IMG/VR virus record: IMGVR_UViG_3300032050_000168
Coordinates: 1-56,468 of that record
DNA: 56,468 nt
From: a virus
Taxonomy: Duplodnaviria; Caudoviricetes
Strand: one strand, 5' to 3'
Below, one piece after another: positions 18,120 through 28,900 of this stretch. Made by a program: the position numbers and the translations under genes. The notes under the pieces were generated by a model. It was not told the DNA's origin. It saw only the letters and a list, made by a program, of their open reading frames with translations, and did no database searches. The first letter of the stretch is position 1. Every line of letters begins with the position of its first letter.

Positions 18120-20207
18120 TTAGTTCGTGTCTACCCATAAGTCATTGACTGCGGGACTGCCTGGTGCGGTAGTTCCTACGGTAAGTTTTAGTGAGACGGG
18201 ATTAAATTGTGCGAGAGAACCCGTAATACCAGCCGATGCGGAAACGATGGATGCAGTTACTTGGTTCACTATTAATCGGTTCCATCTATTACTTGTACTT
18301 CCTAAATTTTCTTCATCAGTTGTTTCAGGATACAGTGATAATCCGTCCCACGCAAATCCGTTAAATCCCAACCCCCCAAATCGGAGTTGTGTATTATTAG
18401 TTTTCAAGAACGATGACCCCTGACCATCGTTTCCAATATATAAAACTTGATTAGATCCAGTAACACGGAGGGTTATTCCTGAAGTCTGTCCAGGCAATTG
18501 ATCAACAGTTAATGACCCGGTGTTTATGGAAATTGAACCAGTGTTTATTGTTAAGGAACTTGATAACAGAGTGAGTGATCCTGTGGCAGTTATTGCTCGT
18601 GATCCAGATACGGTCAATGACCCTGAAATTACTTGATTCCCTGCAACAACCAACCGTTCGTTTGGCGTTGCTGTTCCAATTCCTACATTTCCACTGGCAC
18701 TAATAAATACCCGTGTGTTTGCGGTACTGTTTGGTCCATTGGTAAATAATCGGATATTACTATTTGCGCCAGGATGCGCATGACCGATATCCAATTCACC
18801 GACACTGGAGGTTACATACAAATACGCATCACTTGCCCCACCGACCAACGGACCATTAAACGTAGTACTATTAATACCAAATGACGCATAGTTTCCAAAA
18901 TCCGTGGTATTATTTGATGAAACTACCACATCAGCACTTGCATTGTTTCCCGCAGACGCATTGACAACTTCTAATTCAAAGAAATCATTCACACTACCAC
19001 TAATTGTTACTGGACTATTATTGGAACTAGAAACAATCAACGATCCTGAAAGTGTTGTTGGTCCGTTGACGTTTAATGCTCCTGATACATGTATATTTTT
19101 TTTATTATCTATTTTAAAAATGTCTATACTTGCCGACGAAATGGTAAAGAGTTCACCAGAAGCACTGTCAATCACTTCAAAGAGTGCACCCAAACTTCCT
19201 GACACAGAAAATACTGTAGATCCGCTTCCAATTGCTCGTAATACGTTAGATGATCCTGATACAAGTAGCGAACCGGTGATAACCGCTGACCCGTTAAAGG
19301 GGAACCCTGCTCCACTTCCACCACCGGTTCCCACCGATGAAGTAGTATGAATTTGGTTAGTTGCCGTGTTCAAGACCAAAATTTTATTTGTTGCTGTCGT
19401 ATCCACAATATTCGTTAACTGAGCGTTTGATGCAGTTAATTGGGTTACTGCAATATTCGTTAACTGAGCGTTTGACGCCGTTAACTGTCCCACCGTCAAT
19501 CCATCGGGGAACGATACACTTCCAGAAAAATAAGATGCGGATATTGCGGTTTGTGCGAAACTTGCCGATATTGCTCGTGACGAAGAAACGGCAAAACTTG
19601 AAGTACCAAAGAATCCGACTTGGTTATTGAGGGAACTGGTGTAGGAGGATGCTAACACACTACCACTAACTGCCAATCGGTTAGTTTGGCTTGATTGTAT
19701 TCCAATGCCTACGGACCCCCCATACACGTTAATTGTTGATCTAATATCATTAGCCCAAAATCCAGTTAAATCTTCTGCGCCAACATAGGGAGTTTCACCT
19801 AATATAAAATAATCACCAGTGCCAACGTAAAAGACATCGTTAGTAGTAATACTTGATCCGAAAGCACCACCAGGAGTCTTTTCTATTGTTAATTTATTAC
19901 CTTGATTTTCTAACGTAAAAGAAGATGCTGTAACATTTATTCCGCTCCCACTCACCAACAACGATCCCGTAATAACTGCTGATCCACTGAATGGGAATGC
20001 GGGAGTAGACACAGCATTTGTTGCATACGAGGCGGTTAACGCATAGGACGCACTATCTGCATAACTGGCAGTTCCAAACAACGATCCTGTCAATCCCGAA
20101 GGACCGAAATTGGTCGCACCCGATACAATCAACGAGCCGGAAAGAATCGTACTGCCGGTGACTTCTAAATTGTTAAAACTTCCAGAATCGGTATAAAAAA
20201 ATGGCAT
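18120..20207 (-). CDS. Ser/Gly/Thr-rich tail-fibre-like protein
   Basis: Many xSGS and ASYA repeats, a GNVGIGT.TP fibre motif, and C-terminal TAPGSPAVNDLWVDT. Confidence 0.7.
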   Translation of the reverse strand: MPFFYTDSGSFNNLEVTGSTILSGSLIVSGATNFGPSGLTGSLFGTASYADSASYALTASYATNAVSTPAFPFSGSAVITGSLLVSGSGINVTASSFTLENQGNKLTIEKTPGGAFGSSITTNDVFYVGTGDYFILGETPYVGAEDLTGFWANDIRSTINVYGGSVGIGIQSSQTNRLAVSGSVLASSYTSSLNNQVGFFGTSSFAVSSSRAISASFAQTAISASYFSGSVSFPDGLTVGQLTASNAQLTNIAVTQLTASNAQLTNIVDTTATNKILVLNTATNQIHTTSSVGTGGGSGAGFPFNGSAVITGSLLVSGSSNVLRAIGSGSTVFSVSGSLGALFEVIDSASGELFTISSASIDIFKIDNKKNIHVSGALNVNGPTTLSGSLIVSSSNNSPVTISGSVNDFFELEVVNASAGNNASADVVVSSNNTTDFGNYASFGINSTTFNGPLVGGASDAYLYVTSSVGELDIGHAHPGANSNIRLFTNGPNSTANTRVFISASGNVGIGTATPNERLVVAGNQVISGSLTVSGSRAITATGSLTLLSSSLTINTGSISINTGSLTVDQLPGQTSGITLRVTGSNQVLYIGNDGQGSSFLKTNNTQLRFGGLGFNGFAWDGLSLYPETTDEENLGSTSNRWNRLIVNQVTASIVSASAGITGSLAQFNPVSLKLTVGTTAPGSPAVNDLWVDTN

Positions 20208-20237
20208 AATGTTATTCTCTTCAAGTTTCCGTCAATC

Positions 20238-20245
20238 TATAAATA
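20238..20245 (-). promoter_or_regulatory. putative late promoter motif TATTTATA
   Basis: 31 nt upstream of the ATG at 20207. Confidence 0.55.
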
Positions 20246-20291
20246 GAGTCTAAAAATAGGTTGTGGTGTAAAAACCATTTCATAAATAATA

Positions 20292-21485
20292 TTAAGTAGT
20301 AACAATTTGAGTATTTTGTAATTGAATTGATGTTGCGTCTATACTACCATCCGCATTTAACCGAATTATTTTTTCAGCGGTGATTGATTTATATGAGCTG
20401 AAAGTTCCACCGACGTATAATTTTCCGCTTGAGTCAATCGCGAGAGATGTAACACTACTATCAAACGCTATAGAATTATCAAAATTGGTATCTTTCGTTC
20501 CATCGGCATTTAATCTGATAATATTATTTGCCGTAACTCCTTTATACGTAGTAAAACTACCACCAACATATAGTTTTTCATTAGTATCAAGAATCAAAGA
20601 ATATACAAGTTCTAAATTTCCAAACGCCGTTGAGTTATCAAACGCTGTGTCTTTGGTTCCATCTGCATTGAGTCTGATGATACTATTTGCTTGAACTCCT
20701 TTATATAATTCAAAAATTCCACCAACATACAGCTTTCCACTAGAATTTAAAATTAATCTTAAAACGGAACCATCAAACCCTGTTGAATTATCAAACCCCG
20801 TATCTTTGGTTCCATTCGGATTCAGACGAATTATACTATTTGCTTCCACTCCTTTATATAAAATAAAATTTCCACCAACATATATTTTTCCGTTGGAGTC
20901 AATCTCAATAGAATTTACTTCCGCGTCAAACCCAGTTGAGTTATCAAACGCTGTGTCTTTGGTTCCGTCTGCGTTGAGTCTAATAATATAATTTGCTTGA
21001 ACTCCTTTGTATGAAGTAAAAAATCCACCAACATATATTTTTCCGTTGGAATCAATTTTTGTGATATAAACCGACGCAGTATCTGCTGGAATAGTAAACC
21101 CTGTTGAATTATCAAACGCTGTGTCTTTGGTTCCATCTGCGTTGAGTCGGATAATACCGTTTGCTGCAACGCCTTTATAACTAGTAAAACTTCCACCAAC
21201 ATATATTTTTCCGTTGGAGTCAATCTCAATAGAATAAACTCCTCCATTAAACCCTGTTGAGTTATCAAACGCTGTGTCTTTGGTTCCGTCTGCGTTGAGT
21301 CTAATAATATAATTTGCTGTAACGCCTTGGTACGAAGTAAAAAATCCACCAACATATATTTTTCCGTTGGAATCTATTACAACTACTTGCACGGTGTTGT
21401 TGAATGCACCTAATATATTACTTCGTAATTTATTAGTAATAATAATTGAGTTAGTTCCCTCTGGTTTAATAACCATCATATTCAT
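20292..21485 (-). CDS. delta-60 repeat (DUF5122-like) beta-propeller protein
   Basis: Seven repeats of IDSNGKIYVGG.FTSYKGV.AN.IIRLNADGTKDTAFDNSTGF. Confidence 0.85.
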   Translation of the reverse strand: MNMMVIKPEGTNSIIITNKLRSNILGAFNNTVQVVVIDSNGKIYVGGFFTSYQGVTANYIIRLNADGTKDTAFDNSTGFNGGVYSIEIDSNGKIYVGGSFTSYKGVAANGIIRLNADGTKDTAFDNSTGFTIPADTASVYITKIDSNGKIYVGGFFTSYKGVQANYIIRLNADGTKDTAFDNSTGFDAEVNSIEIDSNGKIYVGGNFILYKGVEANSIIRLNPNGTKDTGFDNSTGFDGSVLRLILNSSGKLYVGGIFELYKGVQANSIIRLNADGTKDTAFDNSTAFGNLELVYSLILDTNEKLYVGGSFTTYKGVTANNIIRLNADGTKDTNFDNSIAFDSSVTSLAIDSSGKLYVGGTFSSYKSITAEKIIRLNADGSIDATSIQLQNTQIVTT

Positions 21486-21502
21486 GGATCTATATTCTCC
21501 AT

Positions 21503-22267
21503 TTAACGATAACTGATACGAATTAGTCCTTGTGCTCCAACGCCACCAGAACGATTTCCTCCACCTGTTTTAAATGCTCCACTTCCACCGCCGCCATATA
21601 CAGAACCAGGTAGCCCTGTAAAGCTTACTGCCCCATGTCCGTTTGCACCGTTTCCACCATTTTCCGTGGTTCCTAATCCACCCTCAACACCAGCATCACC
21701 ACCATCGCCAGTTGATCCTGCGCCGCCACCACCGGCCCCGTTTAAATTAGATCCTATTCCACCTGCACCAGGACGAGCTCTACCACCACGATACGTTGTG
21801 TCACCTACGTTGGCAGGTCTACTAAAGTCAATATCGCCGCCACCCCGACCAGAGGTTCCTCCGTTAGCCGCAGATATTCCCCCTTGTCCACCTCTACCAA
21901 TTACGTCCGTAGTATTCCAGGTAGTATCACCACCGTCAGTTCCATCACCAGTGCTTGCCGTTCCGCCAGTACCGATTGAATACGATATATTTTGTGATGG
22001 TGATGAATAAAAAATAGTTTTTTTGGCGTATCCTCCTCCTCCACCACCGCCGCCACCTGCGTTATTAACCGTACATCCACCACCTGCACCACCACCACCC
22101 CAACATTCCACCACCACTTCCGTGATTCCTACCGGCTTGGTCCAATTTCCTGCACCGGTCGTAGTAAATGTTTGCACCGTAAATGGAACTTCGGGAACTA
22201 CTACGGGATCAGCAAATCGTATTGTTCCACCTGAAAATTTCACCCCTTGTAAAAACCTGACTGCCAT
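21503..22267 (-). CDS. glycine-rich domain virion protein
   Basis: FTTTGAGNWTKPVGITEVVVECWGGGGAGG...GGGGSG...GAQGLIRISY, typical of the phage glycine-rich domain. Confidence 0.8.
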   Translation of the reverse strand: MAVRFLQGVKFSGGTIRFADPVVVPEVPFTVQTFTTTGAGNWTKPVGITEVVVECWGGGGAGGGCTVNNAGGGGGGGGGYAKKTIFYSSPSQNISYSIGTGGTASTGDGTDGGDTTWNTTDVIGRGGQGGISAANGGTSGRGGGDIDFSRPANVGDTTYRGGRARPGAGGIGSNLNGAGGGGAGSTGDGGDAGVEGGLGTTENGGNGANGHGAVSFTGLPGSVYGGGGSGAFKTGGGNRSGGVGAQGLIRISYR

Positions 22268-22270
22268 ATC

Positions 22271-25087
22271 TTATGTCTCCCCGTATGTCATCGCGGTCCA
22301 ATAGGTCGTTCCTGTCAAGTTCGTATTACTATTAGCGTTGATTACGAAACTTCCTGCTGCCTTACTTTCAATCGTCCAACTTCGTGCATCTTCACCCGTC
22401 ACTGTGACTGCGTACGATGTGTTGGGGAAAGCGGTTGCAAAATTGACTGTAGCTTTTCTTGGATTACCAGCAAACGAGGTATTTGCAACACTTCCTGCTT
22501 TGGTTCGTAATCCCGCGTAGGGTGCGAAACTTGCGGAAGTTGCGAATGATGCGGTAGTAGCAAATGACGCAGATGTTGCAAACGATGACGTGGTTGCAAA
22601 AGACGCCGAGACACCAGTTAACTCATTAATTTGCGTTGAACTGGATAGTATTCCCGAAGGAACGTTGGTAATTCCCGTATATGAGATTTGTCCCGAACTT
22701 GATACCAACGCCGGTTTATTAGCGACATTATTATATTCTACGTAAGACGCAGTTTCTATCGTCGTAGGCTTATTTTGAATCTGCGTATAATCTACTTGTA
22801 AGGAACTACTAAAGATTCCGCTAGGAAGGATTGTGGGTGCGTATGAGGCAGATGTAGCAAATGATGCGGTACTTGGTGTAAACGTGATAGATGTAGCAGC
22901 ACTTGCAGTTGTAGCAAAAGAACTTGTCGTACTAAAGGACGCCGTTGCTGGTGTAAATGTTATACTCGTGGCCGCACTTGAAGTTGTTGCAAATGACGCC
23001 GATGTTGGTATAAACGTAATAGACGTTGCTGCCGATGAAGTGGTTGCAAAAGACGCTGAGACACCAGTTAACTCATTAATTTGTGCTGAACTGGATATTA
23101 ATGCGGGTTTGTTCGCAACATTTACATATTCTACGTAGGATGCAGTTTCTATCGTTGTCGGTTTGTTTTGGATTTGTGTATAGTCAACTTGTAAGGAACT
23201 ACTGAAGATTCCGTCAGGAAGGATCGTCGGTGCATAAGACGCAGAGGTTGCAAAGGACGCAGTAACCGTATAGGATCCTGACGTTGCATACGAAGCAGAC
23301 GTTGCGTTTGCTGGTGTTCCATTAATCCAATTTCCCGAACTATAAATGAGTGCTTGTCCGTTAGATGGTGACGTAACCGTCACATCACTCAAATCATTCA
23401 ACAATTGTGCTGCCGCTCCTCCGCCCACACTACCCGCTGACGTATTACGGAATAATCCCGCACTAATAATATCATTACTTCCCGTATCTGCCAAATTCGT
23501 GGTGTCGCCCTTCATCACCAGATAGCCAACAAACACGGTAAAGAGTGTAGTGGCTGGACCTTCTGCAAATGGATCCGTTAAAATATTGGAAACTGCATTT
23601 GCAAGTGACGTATACTTTGCTTGTCCGAAATAAATGTAGTGAATACCCGTCACCGGTTCTATGAAGACCCGTTGAATACTCCATTCGTTGGACGCAAGTG
23701 AGGCAGTCGTAAGTCCACCATTATCATACCAACCTGGCTTCAAATCAGTATAGAAATTGTTATTATTTGCATCTACCGTATATGCAGATCCCGACCGATA
23801 GATGTAAGCAAGACTTCCTGTACTAACGGAGGGAGATTGATAATCTGACGGGGTTTCGGGATTTTGACTGTAGAATCCCCCGTAAATAAATGCGTTACCT
23901 GCTGCACGAGTAAACTTCAACGATCCCGATTGTGCCGTGATCCCATAACCACCCACTTTGATTGGACCGAAGTTACGTGCAAAGTCGGTGAGTTGGGCTG
24001 TTTGACTATATTGGGTATTGACTTGTTCACCTTTTGCCGCAATGGCTTGTTGATTGAAATGTCCAACGGCACCTAATGGAATCTTGTCATGATAGTCCAG
24101 TGAGGTAAATTTCGTAGAGGAACTTTCCAGAATTCCATTTGCGTTAATAGCAAGATAGGTAACAAATCCTTGAGTGACATCAATACTACCCGTGATTACC
24201 GGCCAGTTTACATATGTAACGGTTGGTGAAGAGGCAGATCCAGTATTTGCTCCGTGGTTGACAATAATACCCGAGCCTGACCGAATATGAACTTCACTAC
24301 CATTAAATCCATTGATTCCACCATGTATTAATCCCGTTTCCAATACGCCTTCAATCCAATCAAAGTTGACCGTGGAATCGGTTTTATGGGTATACCAGAG
24401 ATCGTTACTAGATCCACTGATATAGAAATATGCGGAATCAGGATCGGGACTGATTGCAATGTCAGTGGGATATAATTCCAACCAACGATGAGCCATTAAT
24501 GTTTGTGCATGAATATCACTACCAGATACTTCTGCGGGAGTGATAATTGCACCATTAATACTTGCAGTTACTTGTGCGGAACTACTGATTACACCACTTG
24601 GTAATATTGTCGGTGCATATGAGGCCGATGTAGTAAACGAAGCAGTTCCAATAAACTCACCCGTAAACGATCCTGTGAACGATCCCGTAAATGGTTCGGT
24701 GATATTAGTAAATTGTGTAGAACTGGAAATCAGTGTTGGTTTGTTTGCTATATTGCTAAATTGTACGTATGAAGCAGTTTCAATCGTGGTAGGTTTATTT
24801 TGTATATCAGTATAATCTACTTGTAATGAACTACTAAACAATCCATTCGGTAAAATGGTTGGTGCATAGGAAGCAGTTGTCGCAAAGGACGCAGTTCCAA
24901 TCAATTCTCCAGTAAACGATCCCGTAAACGATCCGGTATTGTCATTTAATATTACAATTGCGGATCCACTTCTCGTATAGAGTTTCCGATCCGCAACGTT
25001 AATAGCAAGTTCTCCCACCGACAAGGATTCTGTCGTGGGGGCAACTCCTGGTGTTAAATTACGTTTGTGTAGTATCGTATCTGGCAT
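22271..25087 (-). CDS. tail-fibre protein with an Mtd-N-like N-terminal docking domain
   Basis: ILHKR....P....L..GELAIN.AD.KLY N-terminus, LNDLSDV fibre repeat, three QVDYT.IQNKPTTIETASYV modules, small C-terminal beta domain. Confidence 0.75.
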   Translation of the reverse strand: MPDTILHKRNLTPGVAPTTESLSVGELAINVADRKLYTRSGSAIVILNDNTGSFTGSFTGELIGTASFATTASYAPTILPNGLFSSSLQVDYTDIQNKPTTIETASYVQFSNIANKPTLISSSTQFTNITEPFTGSFTGSFTGEFIGTASFTTSASYAPTILPSGVISSSAQVTASINGAIITPAEVSGSDIHAQTLMAHRWLELYPTDIAISPDPDSAYFYISGSSNDLWYTHKTDSTVNFDWIEGVLETGLIHGGINGFNGSEVHIRSGSGIIVNHGANTGSASSPTVTYVNWPVITGSIDVTQGFVTYLAINANGILESSSTKFTSLDYHDKIPLGAVGHFNQQAIAAKGEQVNTQYSQTAQLTDFARNFGPIKVGGYGITAQSGSLKFTRAAGNAFIYGGFYSQNPETPSDYQSPSVSTGSLAYIYRSGSAYTVDANNNNFYTDLKPGWYDNGGLTTASLASNEWSIQRVFIEPVTGIHYIYFGQAKYTSLANAVSNILTDPFAEGPATTLFTVFVGYLVMKGDTTNLADTGSNDIISAGLFRNTSAGSVGGGAAAQLLNDLSDVTVTSPSNGQALIYSSGNWINGTPANATSASYATSGSYTVTASFATSASYAPTILPDGIFSSSLQVDYTQIQNKPTTIETASYVEYVNVANKPALISSSAQINELTGVSASFATTSSAATSITFIPTSASFATTSSAATSITFTPATASFSTTSSFATTASAATSITFTPSTASFATSASYAPTILPSGIFSSSLQVDYTQIQNKPTTIETASYVEYNNVANKPALVSSSGQISYTGITNVPSGILSSSTQINELTGVSASFATTSSFATSASFATTASFATSASFAPYAGLRTKAGSVANTSFAGNPRKATVNFATAFPNTSYAVTVTGEDARSWTIESKAAGSFVINANSNTNLTGTTYWTAMTYGET

Positions 25088-25113
25088 CTATTACTCTCTT
25101 GATATGAACTGTA

Positions 25114-25121
25114 TATAACTA
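25114..25121 (-). promoter_or_regulatory. variant late promoter motif TAGTTATA
   Basis: One mismatch to TATTTATA, 27 nt upstream of the ATG at 25087. Confidence 0.45.
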
Positions 25122-25136
25122 TTTTGTGATGATTGG

Positions 25137-25940
25137 TTATATTCCAAAACGGTCACGTAACGAAATATAATTTTTAAAAACTTCACCTGCCGTTAAACCA
25201 CGATTATATATTTTTACTGCCGCAATTCTTCCATCCATATAAAACGGTGATGCCGCAGGTGATCGTCTTCCAATTTTTATAGGAACTGCTGGTTCTCCTC
25301 CATATGCTTCAGCCGTGGTAGGTGAGTTGGTTCCAGGTATTTCCACACCATTTAAATATACTTTTGCAGTATTTGATGCTACCGTTGTGGTATTTGTAGT
25401 AATAATTGACGTTAAGTTATACCACGTGTTACTATTCAATAAAGAATTTCCAGAAAACCAATTTAATGGATATCCTCCCGTAGTTCCATTTTTTGCCCCC
25501 ACGAATATTTGTCCATTAAGACCTCCATACACCGCCCAACCCCCAACGTCTAATGCTTTAGTAACAAGCATTCTATTAAAAGTCAACGATGTGAAATTAA
25601 ACCACACATCCACCGTAAATGTTGTATTTGCAAAATCAAATGTAGAATTGGCAGTATTTGCTATATCCGCATAATGTGAACTTGCTGATGTAAACAGTAT
25701 ACTTCCACCGTTTGCACTGTTAAACGTTGGTCCGTTGATTAATGTTGCATTTCTTGAATTTCCTGTCAGGTCTGTCCATGTAGTTCCACTACCGGGGTAT
25801 GATGCTCTATTTCCTGCGTCTAAATTAATAACCAATCCCGCCGTAGTTATTTGTGGAACAGCAACCATACCCCCAGGATTACCCGATGATGCCCCAGAAA
25901 ATCCGCCAGGATTTCCACTACTCGTAAATGACCACGGCAT
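25137..25940 (-). CDS. LamG/concanavalin A-like lectin domain protein
   Basis: GLVINLDAGN..SYPGSGTTWTDLTGN.RNATLINGPTF...GRIAAVKIYNRGLTAGEV..NY...RDRFGI. Confidence 0.85.
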   Translation of the reverse strand: MPWSFTSSGNPGGFSGASSGNPGGMVAVPQITTAGLVINLDAGNRASYPGSGTTWTDLTGNSRNATLINGPTFNSANGGSILFTSASSHYADIANTANSTFDFANTTFTVDVWFNFTSLTFNRMLVTKALDVGGWAVYGGLNGQIFVGAKNGTTGGYPLNWFSGNSLLNSNTWYNLTSIITTNTTTVASNTAKVYLNGVEIPGTNSPTTAEAYGGEPAVPIKIGRRSPAASPFYMDGRIAAVKIYNRGLTAGEVFKNYISLRDRFGI

Positions 25941-28900
25941 TAGTAGAATCCTCCGTCAATGAAACTGGCACTTAATGCATAGGATGATGTTGCGGGAGTA
26001 AAGGTGATGGAGGTTGCCGCTGACGCTGTTGTTGCGAAAGATGCTGTAGTTGGCGTAAACGTAATACTAGTTGCCGCAGATGCAGTGGTAGCGAATGATG
26101 CACTAGTTGGAGTAAACGTGATAGACGTGGCAGCAGAAGCGGTAGTGGCAAATGAGGCAGTTGTTGTTCTTACTGCCCAACTACTAGTTCCAAAAAATCC
26201 TACTGCATTATCTAGTGAACTTGTATAAGATGATGCTGATACGTTACCTTGGACTTGAAGAGTTGCATTAATCGTTGTTGTTGTTCCAATACCAACATTA
26301 CCTGCTTGCATCCATATATCATAGGCAACTCTATTATAATCAAAAAATCCCCAACCAGTTGAAGTGCCAGGAGAAACTTCTATACCAACATTATTAGTTC
26401 CCCGTTCAATTCTAAATGCACGTGATGCCGTAGATAATACATGTAAATGACTAAGCGGTACTGTTGTACCAATACCAATATTACTTCCAGCTTGAAATAG
26501 ATTACTGGAACTTTGTGCGGTTGCACTACTCCAGAGTGGAACGTAGTTTACGGTACCACCATTTAAACTATTTGCTCTTGTTGCAAATGATGCCGTCGTA
26601 CTGAATGATGCTGAAGCCGGTGTAAAGGTAATGGACGTAGCTGCAGAGGCTGTTGTCGCAAACGAACTAGATATTACATTATTTGCCCAGCTACTCGTTC
26701 CAAATAATGACCCCGTGATTCCATTCGTGACACCCAAACTACCCGATATTGCAAATGATCCTGACGTAGTAAACGATCCACTAAAGACTACGATGTCGGT
26801 AGTTAGTAGTAATGATCCAGTAATTGTCTGGGTTCCATTAAAGGAGTTGGATCCCGTTGTGGCAAATACTGCCGATGATGTATTGTTTAATAATTGTGCG
26901 TTTTGTGCAAACGATGCGGTTGACGGTGTAAACGTAATACTAGTTGCTGCCGAAGCCGTGGTTGCAAATGACGAACTTACAGTAAACGAAGATGTTTGTG
27001 AAAAACTCGCAGTAGTAGCAAACGATGCAGTCGTTATAGAACCACTAAACGATCCCGTATTGATTTGTAGAGAACTGGAGATTAACGTCGGTTTGTTTAC
27101 AACATTATTGTATTCTACATAAGAGGCAGTTGCAATTGTTGTGGGTTTGTTTTGTATTCCATTATAATCTACTTGTGCCGAACTACTAACGGTTCCTATA
27201 GGTAATACCAAACTTCCACTAATTGTACCTAGAACACTTAGTGATCCCGTAAATTGATGTGTGTCATCTGTACTATCACCAAACTTTGTAGAGCCACTTT
27301 CATATATTACCGATGATGATATAAATTCAATATTAAATTGTTGCGCGGTAATCGTGTCGGTGACAATTAAACTACCCGTAATAGTTTGTGATGCTTTAAA
27401 TGCATTGGATCCGGTAGTAGTAAATATATTGTAATTTTGAACTTGTGTAGAACTAGAAACTATTCCGTCTGGTTTATTTGCTAATGTACTCCAATCACTT
27501 GCCGCTCCTTCAACATAACTTGCCGTGATTGCAAATGAAGCCGTTAAATTATTTACCACATTTTGTAGTACATTTAAACTACCAGTGACATTTAATGAAC
27601 CGGATAGTTCGTGTTGATTGTTATCTCGTAATGTTAATTTGGTGGTCATCATCACATCTTCGCCACCAACGAACAACATGATTTCTTCGCCAGGGTCAAT
27701 TGCACCTAAATGTAAATGCCCACCCGTAGAATACACATACGAGTCATTCGGTCCACCAATGGTTCCAGTATACGTTTCACCATTAATTCCCATGTTGACG
27801 AAGTTCGTATTTTCGTCACCATTATTGGCAGTTGCTACGATGTCACTGGATACGGAGTTACCGGTCCCCGTATTTTTCATATTAATTTGTGCGTAATCGT
27901 CTGTTAGACCAAGTGCCGTAATAACGTTAAAGGTTGCAACAGATGGTACTGCTTTTACACGTAGTGCATCTGGAGCACCTGCTATCACTTCTGATGTATT
28001 GATTCCCACACTACCAGACGGGTCAATAAACACCCGAGCATTATTATCGGCATCTCCAGGACCCGTGAATAAAATAATACGTTTGTCTGGAGATAGATTT
28101 CCAATTAGTAAGTCACTTCCTGTGGTGAATAGATATGCGTCTAATGGGTCACCAATTTCGTCAGTTCGCGAATATGTGCTAGAATTGATACCCATGCGAA
28201 TATATCCACCGTCATCAGTACCTGCGTCAGCAGTAGCAATGAAGTTGGTGGACGCAGATACTCCACTACTAATATTCCGAATATTTACACGATACGAATC
28301 ATCAGATGAACCGTGAGCATAGATAACATTTTTAACACCCGTCTCGCCCGAGTGAACGGCAAGAGTTTCACCTACTGCGGAATGAAAATGCGGCGCAGTA
28401 TCATATCCAATAAAAACACCTTTAGTGGTTTGATATATGATACTGGACGTGAGTTCGTTTGCCCCCGAGCCCGTCCACATTGGAATATATCGGGAGGTTC
28501 CGCCCGTTACCTTATCTGCTATTGATGCAGTTCCAATAAATGATCCGCTAAATGATCCCGTATTAATTTGTTGTGAACTAGACACCAGTGCTGGTTTATT
28601 TGCGACATTATTATATTCTACGTAGGACGCGGTTTCAATCGTGGTGGGTTTATTTTGGATCTGCGTGTAATCTATTTGCGTGGAACTACTCACGAGATTT
28701 GGTGGAAGTTCCGTAGAATTTAGTGCATAACTTGCCGTTACTGCAAACGATGAGGTGGTCGCAAAAGATGCAGTACTTGGAATGAACGTAATAGATGTAG
28801 CAGCAGATGCAGTAGTTGCAAATGACGCAGATATTACATTACTTGCCCAACTTGCGGTTCCAAACAAAGATCCCGTTAAAGGTACTGATCCAGAAGAAAA

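Noticed and set aside
25985-26165. Ice-binding or ice-nucleation function for the Thr/Ala/Ser repeats
   Set aside because: There is no regular TxT ladder or INP octapeptide consensus; a fibre stalk is the simpler explanation
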